In this document: piece by piece, positions 52,702-64,000 of the stretch
Layout: the number at the start of each line of letters is the position of its first letter
Numbering within the stretch: position 1 is the first letter of the stretch
DNA from: Vicugna vicugna
Taxonomy: Eukaryota
Assembly: GCA_013265495.1 (NCBI GenBank)
Contig: MU062453.1
Location: 558,001-622,000, forward strand
Length of the DNA: 64,000 bases
Direction of reading: 5' to 3'
The notes under the pieces: model-generated
What the model was told of the DNA's origin: nothing
The model's input: only the letters and a program-made list of their open reading frames with translations
Database searches by the model: none
Made by a program: the position numbers and the translations under genes

Positions 52702-52956
<255 letters not shown>

Positions 52957-53032
52957 CTACGGTGTTCGCTATAGGGAGTTTACCAGAAAATGTTATAAAG
53001 GTTGTCTACCGCGTATCTTCCTTCATGTTACA

Positions 53033-55395
53033 CAGACATACCTTGGAGATATTGCAGGTCTGGTTCTAGACTACCGCAATTAAGTGAGTCACGTAAACTT
53101 TCTGGTTTCCTAGTGCATATAAAAGTTACATTTATGCTATATTGTAGTCTAGAAAGTGTGCAATAGCATTAGGTCTAAAAAAACAANNNNNNNNNNNNNN
53201 NNNNNNNNNNNNNNNNNNNNNNNNNNNNNNNNNNNNNNNNNNNNNNNNNNNNNNNNNNNNNNNNNNNNNNNNNNNNNNNNNNNNNNNNNNNNNNNNNNNN
53301 NNNNNNNNNNNNNNTTGATAAAGGTTGAGGGGGTGGAAATTTCTTAAAATAAGACAACAATAAATTTTACCACATTGATTGATTTTTCCTTTCATGAATG
53401 ATATCTCTGTTAGCGTGCAATGTTGTTTGATAGCATTTTACCCACAGTAGGACTTCTTTCAAAACTGGAGTCAATCTTCCCAAATCCTACTGCTGCTTTA
53501 GCAACTAAGTTTGTGTCATATTCCAAATCCTTCGTTGTCACGTCAGCAATCTTTACAGCATCTTCACCAGAAGGAGAGTCCATATCAAGGAAACACTTTC
53601 TTTGCTCATCTGTGAGAAGTAGCTCCTCATCTGTGACAGTTTTCTCATGAGATTGCAGCAATTCAGTCACATCTTCAGGCTCCACTTCTAATTTTAGTTC
53701 TCTTGCTATCTCTACCACATCTGCACCTACTGCCTCTATGGAAGTCTTAAACCCCTCCAAGTCATCCATGAAGGTGGGAATCAACTTCTCCTAAACTCTT
53801 GTGAATGTTGATATTTTGACTTCTTCCTGTGANNNNNNNNNNNNNNNNNNNNNNNNNNNNNNNNNNNNNNNNNNNNNNNNNNNNNNNNNNNNNNNNNNNN
53901 NNNNNNNNNNNNNNNNNNNNNNNNNNNNNNNNNNNNNNNNNNNNNNNNNNNNNNNNNNNNNNNNNNNNNNNNNNNNNNNNNNNNNNNNNNNNNNNNNNNN
54001 NNNNNNNNNNNNNNNNNNNNNNNNNNNNGCACGAAAATGNNNNNNNNNNNNNNNNNNNNNNNNNNNNNNNNNNNNNNNNNNNNNNNNNNNNNNNNNNNNN
54101 NNNNNNNNNNNNNNNNNNNNNNNNNNNNNNNNNNNNNNNNNNNNNNNNNNNNNNNNNNNNNNNNNNNNNNNNNNNNNNNNNNNNNNNNNNNNNNNNNNNN
54201 NNNNNNNNNNNNNNNNNNNCNNNNNNNNNNNNNNNNNNNNNNNNNNNNNNNNNNNNNNNNNNNNNNNNNNNNNNNNNNNNNNNNNNNNNNNNNNNNNNNN
54301 NNNNNNNNNNNNNNNNNNNNNNNNNNNNNNNNNNNNNNNNNNNNNNNNNNNNNNNNNNNNNNNNNNNNNNNNNNNNNNNNNNNNNNNNNNNNNNNNNNNN
54401 NNNNNNNNNNNNNNCTTCCAATACAAGGCTGTTTAATCTACACTAAAAATCTGCTTAGTGTGGTCACCTGCGTTAACTATCGTAGCTGGATAACCTGCTG
54501 CAGCTTCTACATTCCTTGCACTTTGATNNNNNNNNNNNNNNNNNNNNNNNNNNNNNNNNNNNNNNNNNNNNNNNNNNNNNNNNNNNNNNNNNNNNNNNNN
54601 NNNNNNNNNNNNNNNNNNNNNNNNNNNNNNNNNNNNNNNNNNNNNNNNNNNNNNNNNNNNNNNNNNTTTGAGGGAGTGTGGTGGCTGGTTTGATCCTCTA
54701 CCCAGACCCACTAACGCCTTCTCTGTATCAGCAATACGGATGTTTTTTTCTTTCTTATCATTTGTGTGCTCGCTGGAGCAGCACATTTAATTTCCTTCAA
54801 GAACTCTTCCTTTACACTCACAACTTGGCTAATTATGTGGCGCAAGAGGCCCAGCTTTCAGCCTGTCCCAGCTTTTGCTAGATCTTCCTCACTGGCTTTC
54901 ATCATTTCTAGTTTTTGATTTAAAATGAGAAATGTGCAACTTTTCTTTTCACTTGAACCCTTAGAAGCCACTGTAGTATTATTAAGTGGCTTAATTTCAA
55001 TGGTGTTGTGTGTCAGGGAATGGGAGGGGGGTCCAAGGAGAGGGAGAGAGATGGGGGAACAGCCAGTTGGTGGAGCAGTCAGATCACACATGACATTTAT
55101 GGGTTAAGTTTGCCATCTTACATGGGTGCAGTTTGTGGCACCCCCAAAACAATTGTAACAGTAACATCAAAGATCACCGATCGCCACAAAAAATACAATA
55201 ATGAAAAAGCTTGAAATATCGTGAGAATTACCAAAGTCTGACACCGAGACATGAAGTGAGCAAACGCTGTTGGACAAATGGCACCGACAGACTTGCTGGA
55301 TGCAGGGTAGCCACAAACCTTCGATTTGTTAAAAAAAAAAAAAGCAGTATTTGCAAAACTCAATAGAGCAAAGTCCAATAAAATGAGTATGCTTG
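53033..55395 (-). mobile_element. Full-length Tigger1 (TcMar-Tigger) DNA transposon, largely N-masked
   Basis: Both Tigger1 termini (CAGACATACC... and ...GAGTATGCTTG followed by TA); ORF 53410..53784 resembles Tigger1/TIGD1 transposase C-terminus ([10 protein letters not shown]...[20 protein letters not shown]); ~2.36 kb. Confidence 0.92.
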
Positions 55396-55979
55396 TACTC
55401 TGCTGGAGAAACAGAAATCGTAGCAGAAATACTCTGCCTCTATCTTTAGCTGTTAATTCATAAAACAATTAGAGTTCCCCTACATGCTTAGAGGGGTTCT
55501 AGATGTAAAGGATGCTGATGTGAATAAGACACTGGTCCTGTTTTTAAGGAGTTTACAGAATGCTGAGACCTTCCACATGAACATACACACGCACTAATAA
55601 ATTATGAGAACCAAGCAAAAAGGTGTGTACAAGGTAGAGCGAGGTCACCCAGGGACAGGGGGTTAAACCTCTTTGTTTCCTCTGGGTATGCTTCACTGAG
55701 GAGAGGAAGATTTGACTGCACACCAACAGTGAGTTTCATGTGAACGTGGGGCAACAGTAAAAGCAAAGGCAGCAAAACATTAAAAACACACATTAAATTA
55801 AGGGAATTGCAAGTAAGACAGTATAAATGAATAAGGCTCGGGGCTCTGATAAGCCAGAGCAGTAGAGGCTTTTAGTGGTCAGACCCAGAGAAATGTTGGG
55901 CTTTCTCCTATAGACCGGTGGCCTCTGAATATTGGGTCATCCTGTCAGTAAAAGTACCATGTTCTCTTCTAGGAGATTT

Positions 55980-56700
55980 ATGAAAAACCCAAAACCCTTA
56001 AGAGATGGCTTGAAAACAAAATGACCCAGATGACAAAAATGAGCAACACAGAATAAACACTCAGGCAAATGGAAATGATGAAAGAAAAGTAACAGAGCAC
56101 ACACGGCCGATGGAGGAGGGGCATTGATGGTCTAATGGGATTTCTGGGTGGCAGGAACAAAGAGGGTGCAGGGAAGGAAACAATCACAGAAATAGCCAAA
56201 AATGTCCCAGAGCAAGTCAGTCTCCATCTCAGCAGGATCCATCCAATATCCAGGCGGGCATTCTGAAAAAAGACAGGTAGCCAGACACGCAGCCTGGTGG
56301 AATACCTGAAACACAAGGATAAAAAAACTTGCAAGATGGAAAAAATAAAACCAGTTACTGCAAAGGAATGAGAATCAAGCTGCCACATGACTTCTCAGTC
56401 TCTCCAAATGCTAGGAGATAATTCATCATCTTTTCTATGATCCTCGGAAGGAAAGAGATTTCAAACCAAAATCTATAACCAGTCGGTCATTCACGGAACG
56501 GGGCAGAAAAAAGGCGCTTCCAATATCCGGACTCAGAAGGCATATAACCACATAGTCACTTTGGAAAACACTCCAAGGTCTCTATCAAAACTCAGCAGGA
56601 TCTGGGAAAGAACACGTAACACAGAGATCATAGTGGACACACAGAGAGAGCTACGGGGACCGGTTTCAGGTACAGCTAGAGAGGGTGGGTGACTTACAGG
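55980..56700 (+). mobile_element. Ancient L1M/HAL1-like ORF1 remnant
   Basis: gagaatcaagctgccacatgacttctc resembles L1 ORF1 region. Confidence 0.5.
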
Positions 56701-57032
56701 CTGGGAGAGGGAAGCGTGCACGGAGGTAACCTGACAGGAAACATTTTTAAGAAGTTATTTATAAAGGGTATGAAGGTAAAGATTGTATGTTTTTGGATGA
56801 AGCTTCATGTTGTGTGTTCCCAGCCTGAGAATTCCTGAAGTTTTGGAAGAGGAGATGCTACGGTGATTAATGGTTATATTGAGTCAGGCCATGTCCAGTT
56901 CAACAACTAGCCATCTGGAGTCAGGTAATGAAAACCAGCCGCTGAAGACAGGATGGCCGGTCCTCTGGGTGAGCTGGGACTGCCAGAGCTAACGGTCAGC
57001 AGAAGGCACCACAAACCCTCTTTCTCCCTAAG

Positions 57033-57172
57033 TGGGGTTCCCAGATTTAGTAAATAAAAATACAGAGCACCCAGTTAAATTTGAACTTCAGGTAAACACG
57101 TTTTTAGTATAAGCATGTCACATGCAAGACAGACTTCATTCTATATGTCCTGTGTCTTGTCTGGCAACCCTA
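57033..57172 (+). mobile_element. MER53 (hAT MITE)
   Basis: gggttcccagatttagtaaataaaaatacag...ctggcaacccta match. Confidence 0.8.
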
Positions 57173-57991
57173 TGCCTAAGAGATCTCCCACTCCAAGTCC
57201 CTGGGCTGCTGGGAACACAAGCAGAGGATAATTTACTCCCAACAAAGGGTAGAAAGCTTGCAGTGGACTTGGACTCCAGGTCTCCATGTGGCCAAATTTC
57301 TAATGATGTGTCCTTAGAACTACTGCAGTTACCAGCTCTTGAGAAGTTACTTCAGTAAAAAGGGTATAATAAAAGTGCCTAGCTCATAATGCTGTTGTCA
57401 GAATTAGACGAGCTAAGCCAGGTAAGGAAGTTAACAGTAACAGTAACAACAAGAAGCCCTAAATTGTAGGTAATATTATAATTGTTACAATTTTGTCACT
57501 TTATCTTCAAACTTGGGACAGCAAAAATAACCAGGAAATGTATATTAGAATTGAAATAATTATTGTTCAAGTAGCTAGAAGATGTGGTGCCATTGTTAAC
57601 AAAGAATTCCAAAAATTCATAATTATTATGTAAAGAGGAAAGAGAAAATAAAAAAAAATTATTTAGAGGATTTCCACAAAGCCTGAGGTAAGGGAGGCGT
57701 GTATCTTATGTGGATGACACTACAGATGAAAACAGTTCCTGAAGTTGGTAGAAAAATCTGTTGACATACGTGGTAAACATATCAAAGGAAACCAATAATA
57801 CAATCAAGACAAAATGTAGATTTTCAAAAGTACTGGAAGAGGAAAGAAGAAAAGTAAAATAATAATACAGGAAAAGGTTGGGAAGTGAAAAAAATGGAGA
57901 AAAACAATCGACAAGAAAGCATGGTTACCCAAAATGTAAAGTAATGCTTAGATTTTACTGAAAAAAACTGAGTAATAAGTGAACAACTTAC

Positions 57992-58006
57992 CTGGGCTGC
58001 ATTCAT
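57992..58006 (-). CDS. ZNF start-codon exon (MNAAQ); exon spans 57992-58050
   Basis: ctttcctccag| ... gcaATGAATGCAGCCCAG|gtaagt; phase 0 matches KRAB-A exon; typical short KZNF leader. Confidence 0.85.
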
Positions 58007-58949
58007 TGCCCCCTGCTCCTGGTGAAGTTTGGAGAACTGTGAAGGCAGGGCTGGAGGAAAGAGAAAGAGCAAAGACATCATGAGAAACACGATCTACCTG
58101 AAAGGGCCTGGTAGCACCAGCCTAGAAATCCACACACACCAGCTGACACAGAGTCACACATGGGGGAACGTCTCTGACCCTTCAGAAGGGGCGGGTACGC
58201 TGAGGGGACTCTTGCAACCCTGGTTTGTGGAGCTGAGAGAAGCAGGCTTTTCATTGGGGACAATAAATATTTTTTTTTCCTTATTGGTTTCTTTACAATT
58301 TATAGCCTTCTTTGATTCAATAGCAGACAAATACAAAACAAGACAAAGTCCAACTAAGAAAGACCTGGTTAAACACATTACAGCACAGCAAGGATGACAC
58401 ACCGTGCTTCTGGCCATTATTAAACTTGTCACATTCTGAAGTTTTTGATGCCTGGGGTTTACGATAAAATGATCCAGTGGAGGAAAGTGGAAGGGGGAAA
58501 GTGTACGTGTGTGTGCGCGCTTGTGCGTGTCGGTGCGGGGAGGAGGATATACGCTGGTAACTGCTGAAGCTCTGACAAATATACGGAGTCATTATGTTAC
58601 TTTCTTTACTACTGTATGTTTTGAATATTTCCATTTTAAAAAGGGTATAAAATGATGCAACAATCGAAGCCTGATACAGAGATTATACTTAACATTTTTA
58701 ACTCTGTGAAGTTAAAAGAATTAAGAGAGACTTCTGACAAAAGAGATACGTGTGCTTAACGAAGTCTTATTTTTTTAAAAAAGGGATTTATTCTCCTTTG
58801 GTTCCAGTGCCTCCAAAGGATGTTTCATTAAGAAGTGTGTTTTAACTCTCTGAGACACGGTGGGCAGAACAGTGGCTGGGGAGTCAGGAGGCCTGGATGC
58901 TCCTTTTGGTTTTGCCACTAATGAATAATGCAAAGCTAGATTATAATAA

Positions 58950-59170
58950 TGTAGGTGTCATAATATTAGTGATACCAACACTTACTGTGTAACAGGCCTT
59001 GTTCTAAGTACTTTACATCTATTATCTCCTTTTTCCTCAAATAGAGCAACATGTAGGTACTATTATTACTCCCATTTTATAGATGAGGAAGTTGAGGGGA
59101 AGAAAGTTAATGTGCTAGAGCTGGGCTTTGAACCCTGGCGGTCTGGCTCCAGAAACCTTGTATTTAACCC
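58950..59170 (-). mobile_element. MIR
   Basis: ccccattttatagatgaggaagttgagg...gggctttgaaccc core. Confidence 0.75.
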
Positions 59171-59839
59171 TGTGCTAATTACTTCCTCAGTCCCTAAATG
59201 AGGCAGGATCACATAACCCCTGAAAACTTCCTGTACCCTTACAAAGGCAGGAAGGGGGTAGGGGCAGGTAGCATATCCCTAAATCCCAGATGTGATGATG
59301 GGCAAGGCTCGAGGGCTGTGCAAAATCCCGGAAGAGGGACTGGAGCATTCAGGACACATGGAGGGGCTTCCAGGAGGGGTGGAGGCAGCGTCTCCTCAGG
59401 CCTTCCTCCCAGACCTGTTCTCAACTGTCCTCAGGATTTCCTCTTCCCACGAAGCCTGCCTCCTGCCCACCATCCTCAGCCCAACTCCCTCTCTCTTGAA
59501 AACTGGCCCACACCTCTACAGACCAAAGGTTCCTGACAAGCTCTGGTGTGGTGATGTTATAAACTCAGCTTAGAAGGTTCAGGAACTGCTTCCGAGCAAG
59601 CGAATATAGAGCCTGCTTGTTTCTGGGATCTCAGCCCTGCAGCTGTGGGGGGCTGTGTCTGGACCGGGTGGGGATCTCCCAGGTGAGGGTCCTGCTCCTG
59701 GTGTCCCTCCTTTCTTCACAAGAGGTGTGTGATTCAAGGAAATCTGTACCTGGCTGGAGCTGGGAAATTCAAACGACTGGAATCTTCAGCCCAGGTCCCA
59801 ACTCTCTCTAGGAATTCACCATCCTCTACAACCAAAGGT

Positions 59840-60005
59840 CTCACAGAATGGTCCCCAGCCGGTAGCATCAGTCACTTGGGAACTTGATAGAAACGCAAAT
59901 TCTCAGGACTTTTCCCAGACCTCCTGAACCAGAAACTCTGGGGATGGGGCCCAGCAGAGCTACTGGGTTTTAACAAGCCCTCCAGATGTTTTTGATGAAC
60001 CACTG
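59840..60005 (+). mobile_element. MER5A (hAT-Charlie MITE)
   Basis: agcatcagtcacttgggaacttgatagaaacgcaaattctcagg...ttttaacaagccctccag. Confidence 0.8.
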
Positions 60006-60849
60006 CCAGAAAATCTGGCTGGGAGTGCAAACTGCTGAGGGCACAGGACAGAGGGACAATGAAGGAAGATTCTAGAAGCCTCAATTATGCATAACCTGAG
60101 GACTCTGAACAGATACCAAGAAATCTCCAAGAGCCTCTAGAAAAGATTCCGTCCTGGAACACTCTGGGTTCTTCCTTGTGGCTCTCAGGGACCTGCAACT
60201 TTGCTTAGTACTTTGAAGGATGCTGGACAAAACCCAGCATGGGATTTGGAAATAAAACTGTTTGAGGTTTCAATCTCACCTTCTTCAATTACCAGCCATG
60301 AGGTTTCACCTCCTGGTCTTGGTTTTCCTGTCAGTTAAAATGGAGTTGGTAATACTGCCTTTACAAGGGGTCTTTGAGAACAAATAATAATCTTAATAGA
60401 GATAACGGCAATTAACATTTCCTAGGTGCTTGGTGAATGCCAGGACCTCTGCTGAGTGCTTACAAGTTACTGTATTCAATCTCCAGAACGACCTTGAGAC
60501 AGGTTTTTGGAATAATTTCGTTTGATAGGGAAACTGAGTCTCAGAGGCTTATCATTTTGTCAGTGGAGACAGTGGCAGAGGTAGAATCTGGTCTTGGTTC
60601 AAGCTCAGGCTCTCAGGCTATACTCAGACCCACAACCTGCTGCTAGCCTGCAGGCACGTAATAAACGTTGTCAGGTGTCGTGGATTTGACTCGATAATGA
60701 ATGGTTGGCCAGGGAACATGCCAATTCGAGGAGCTTCTGGAAACTGCTCTTTAACATTTGGATGCTTTTTCTCGGGACACTTTATTCTGCCCAAGTAACC
60801 CGCGCTTCTCCCTTATCCTCTTTGTGGAACCTGCAGGTCCCGCAGACAA

Positions 60850-61280
60850 GCTGCTGTCACTTGTCTTTCTTTAGGGGCAAAGGCAGACCAGACTCGGGAA
60901 CAAGTGCTACAGGGTCTCAGCTCGCGTAGGATTCGCCCAAGTTTTTGCTTCCACCAGGTGTGGGCACAAAACCTACCCTAAGCCCAATAATGCATACCCT
61001 TCAAACCAGGTTCTCACCGGTAGCGCACATCCTCCGTGCAGGACCCAGTCACTGAGCAACGCGAAGACCCGGAGGCTCCAGGATTATCTGCCGCCCGAAA
61101 CCGGAGACAAGGGAGCGGGCGAACAATGAGGAAGAGCTGCACATGCGCAGAAGGAGCTGCGGAGGACCGGGTTGTGGGGCTCTCCCGGTAATCCATCAAA
61201 TTCAGTACTCCGTTTCCCATAAGCCACGCGTTAGCTTTCTCAGGAAATGTCAGAAAGAGTTCTTGCCTTATTCGGTGAGT
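60850..61280. promoter_or_regulatory. ZNF CpG-rich promoter with NRF1-like (TGCACATGCGCA, 61138-61149) and ZNF143/SBS-like (ACTCCGTTTCCCATAAGCC, 61207-61225) motifs
   Basis: Local CpG enrichment; motif matches by eye to established NRF1 and ZNF143 consensus. Confidence 0.72.
61018..61150 (-). other. Probable ZNF first non-coding exon
   Basis: Donor CCG|GTGAGA at 61018/61017 within CpG-rich segment; TSS approximate. Confidence 0.6.
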
Positions 61281-62312
61281 TGAATGATTTCTCCACCTCC
61301 ACCCAAACCTGAATTTCAAAAGTAATACATCGAAACTGTAGATAAAAGGGCAAATAAACATATATCAAAGGGAGATTTGATCAAAGGAGAGCACTCAATC
61401 TCCTCTCCCAGGAATGACCATATTAGGTGATATTTCTATTAAAATAGGACCTTAAAAGTTCAAGGTGTTCTTTTGACCTTGTCATTAAACATGTGGTTAA
61501 TAATTTTCTTATCCTTTTTACCTTTTTTATTTTGAAATTTTTCAAACTTACAGAAAACTTGCAGGAATGATTCATTTAAAATATTTTTAAATTTAATTTT
61601 ATTTTTATTGAAGTATAGTGGGTTTACAATGATCAAACTCAGGAAAGTGAACACTGATATAACATTATTATCAAATATGTAGACCATATTCAAATTTCAT
61701 CTATTGTCCCAATAATGATCTTTATAACTTTTTTTTTCTGATCCAGCATCCAATTCAGAGTCATTTGTCACATCCAATTGTCATATCATGTAGACCCCTT
61801 TTCATCTTGTTCCTCAGCCTTTTTTGTCTTTTACGACATTGGTAATTTTGAAGACAACAAGACATATGAAGCGTGTTCCTTTGAGTTTGTCTGATTCCTT
61901 ACAATTAAATTCAGGTTACACATTTCTCGGCACAACATAAGGGATGTTATATTCTTAGTAAATGATACCAGATTAGTTCCATACACGTGATGTCAGTTTG
62001 TCCCATTTTTGGCAATATTAACTTAGATTTCACGACAATGTGCAGGTCAATATGCTTTCACAGCATTTTTTTTTTTCCTTAGGCCAATACTAGTAATAGG
62101 AAATAAGTTCCATTCACAATAGCATTCAGTATCTAGGACTAGGTTAACAAGATGTGGGCAGAACTTACACACAAGAAAGTATTACATTAAAGACGGGTGA
62201 CATTAAAAATGTGGAGAGACATGAACAGTCTTCCTAAATGGGGAGACCACATTCTTCAACAAAATTCCAATAAAAAAGTTCAGTAAATTGAGTGATGTAG
62301 TTTCTTCCTCTT

Positions 62313-62453
62313 CTTTTGTTTGTCTTTTGGGTGGGGGGATTAGGTCTATTTATTTATTTATTATTAGTATTTTTTAATGGAGGTACTGGTGATTGAACCC
62401 AGAACTTTGTGCATGCTAAGCATGTGCTCTACCACTTGAGCTATATCCTCCCC
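62313..62453 (-). mobile_element. Camelid tRNA-derived SINE (Vic-1-like)
   Basis: Same core as the copies at 10.2 and 38.4 kb. Confidence 0.8.
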
Positions 62454-64000
62454 ACTTCCTTTACTTTTAATATAATTATATTTTACTTGATAGAGCGCAT
62501 CTAAATTTTATCTGGAAGGACAAACAAAACAAAACAAAACAAAACAAAAAAACTCCAACCCTAGGAAAATAGCCAGGACTTCAAAAAAAAAAATCAGAGT
62601 ACCTGTATTTCCTATCAGTCATGAATATGTGTATTAATATAATATTCAAAAAGTTGCCTCTGGCTCATTAGACGAACAGGTACCCAAGAGTTCATAAGAA
62701 TTTAGAGTCTGATAAAGATGGGGGGAGGGGAGATAGTCAAGAAATCACGTTAAGAAACTACAGGCAGCATTCGGAAAGGGGGAGATTATGTCTCTCAACA
62801 TTTACCCTTAATAACATAAATTTCCCATAGATTCTTGATTTAACATTTTAATAGTTAAACCACCAAGTACCTAGAGGAAAATAGAAAAGAATTTAATCTC
62901 TGGGTAGGGGTGGTGGGCTGTCAAACCATAAAAGAAATGACTACTGAATTTTACTCTAGGAAAATTTAAAACCTTACTTTCAGAAGAAAAAAAAAAAAAG
63001 AGGCAAAAATATATTGGAAAATATTTGTTAAGTATATGAAAGAATGGTTTACTGACTTTATTTAATTATCTCTTACACATTTGTAAGAAGATCACACTAC
63101 AATAAAAATGATCTATGGATATGAAGGGAAAAGCAATAAAAAGGAAAATGCAAATGAAGGATAAATACGTGAAAGCAGCCCATAGACTACAAATAAAAAA
63201 ATGCAAATGTTTAAATACATTTTTTGGCCTTTACAGTTGGCAAAGATTACAGAGAAATGATATCCAGGGAGGCATAAAGTCTGGGGAAATGTTTATTCTC
63301 ATAAATTTCTATTTGGAATATAATTTATAAAACAATTTGGAGGCCACTCTATACCAAGATTTAAAAATAGCCTGCACTTTGATGGAGCAATTCTATTATT
63401 AGAAATATGACACAAGGAAATAACTGTCCAAAGATACATGTATAAGCATATTTCTTAAAGTTTATGTTAACAGCAACATGTTGTCAAAAATCTAAAGGTA
63501 AAAAAAAAAAAAGAAATGAGATTGTAGGAACCAGAAGGTGGGATATTAGGTAACTATTAAAAAAGCTATAATGCAGAGTCGTATTAATTGACATGGGGGG
63601 GTTACAATATATTTTTAAATAAAACGCTCTTTACACAAGAATATAAGGCAAAGGCATTAATCCTTTTTTTTTTTTTTTGGTAAAAATCATACATGTCTCC
63701 TAAGAGTATAAAAACAAATGTGAAAATCAAATACATTTGGAGCAAAATTGAACCAAAAAAAGAAAATTATTTTACTCGTATATAGAATAGAGCAGACTAT
63801 GCAAGGATTCTGTTTCTATAGACCTGGAAAAATTCAAAACCTGCATCATTCAATGCTAATATCCCCACAGGAACAGATAAAGAATAGGAAGAATGCATTC
63901 TCAGGGAGCATGAATTTACATCCATTGTGGAATGTATCTGCTCCAGTGCTGTGTTTTTAATAATGTCTCAGCATTAGCTCTGATGTTGTATTGAGTGTTC

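Noticed and set aside
53762-54693. Several ORFs over 200 aa
   Set aside because: Almost entirely N; they lie inside Tigger1

Overview
Mammalian genomic DNA, very probably a camelid: it carries Vic-1-like tRNA-derived SINEs and matching L1 3' ends. The window holds two genes, both on the minus strand. (1) The 5' part of ELMO2, from a CpG-island promoter and first exon at ~22.7-22.9 kb through nine coding exons (aa 1-264, including a 36-nt cassette exon DKHLNPLDLPVT); the gene continues off the left edge. (2) A KRAB-C2H2 zinc-finger gene (61.2 to ~48.9 kb) of the ZNF334/ZNF663 cluster that neighbours ELMO2. Its zinc-finger exon is broken by an early TAG and three frameshifts, but its promoter, ATG exon and both KRAB exons are intact with canonical splice sites, predicting an NMD-escaping 88-aa KRAB-only protein. 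The rest is interspersed repeats: a full-length Tigger1 in a ZNF intron, an ERV-L pro-pol remnant with two nested L1s, old L1/L2/MIR, hAT MITEs, LTRs and microsatellites. There is also a cluster of CTCF-like motifs between the genes. All assignments come from reading the sequence and from remembered consensus sequences; no database searches were run.
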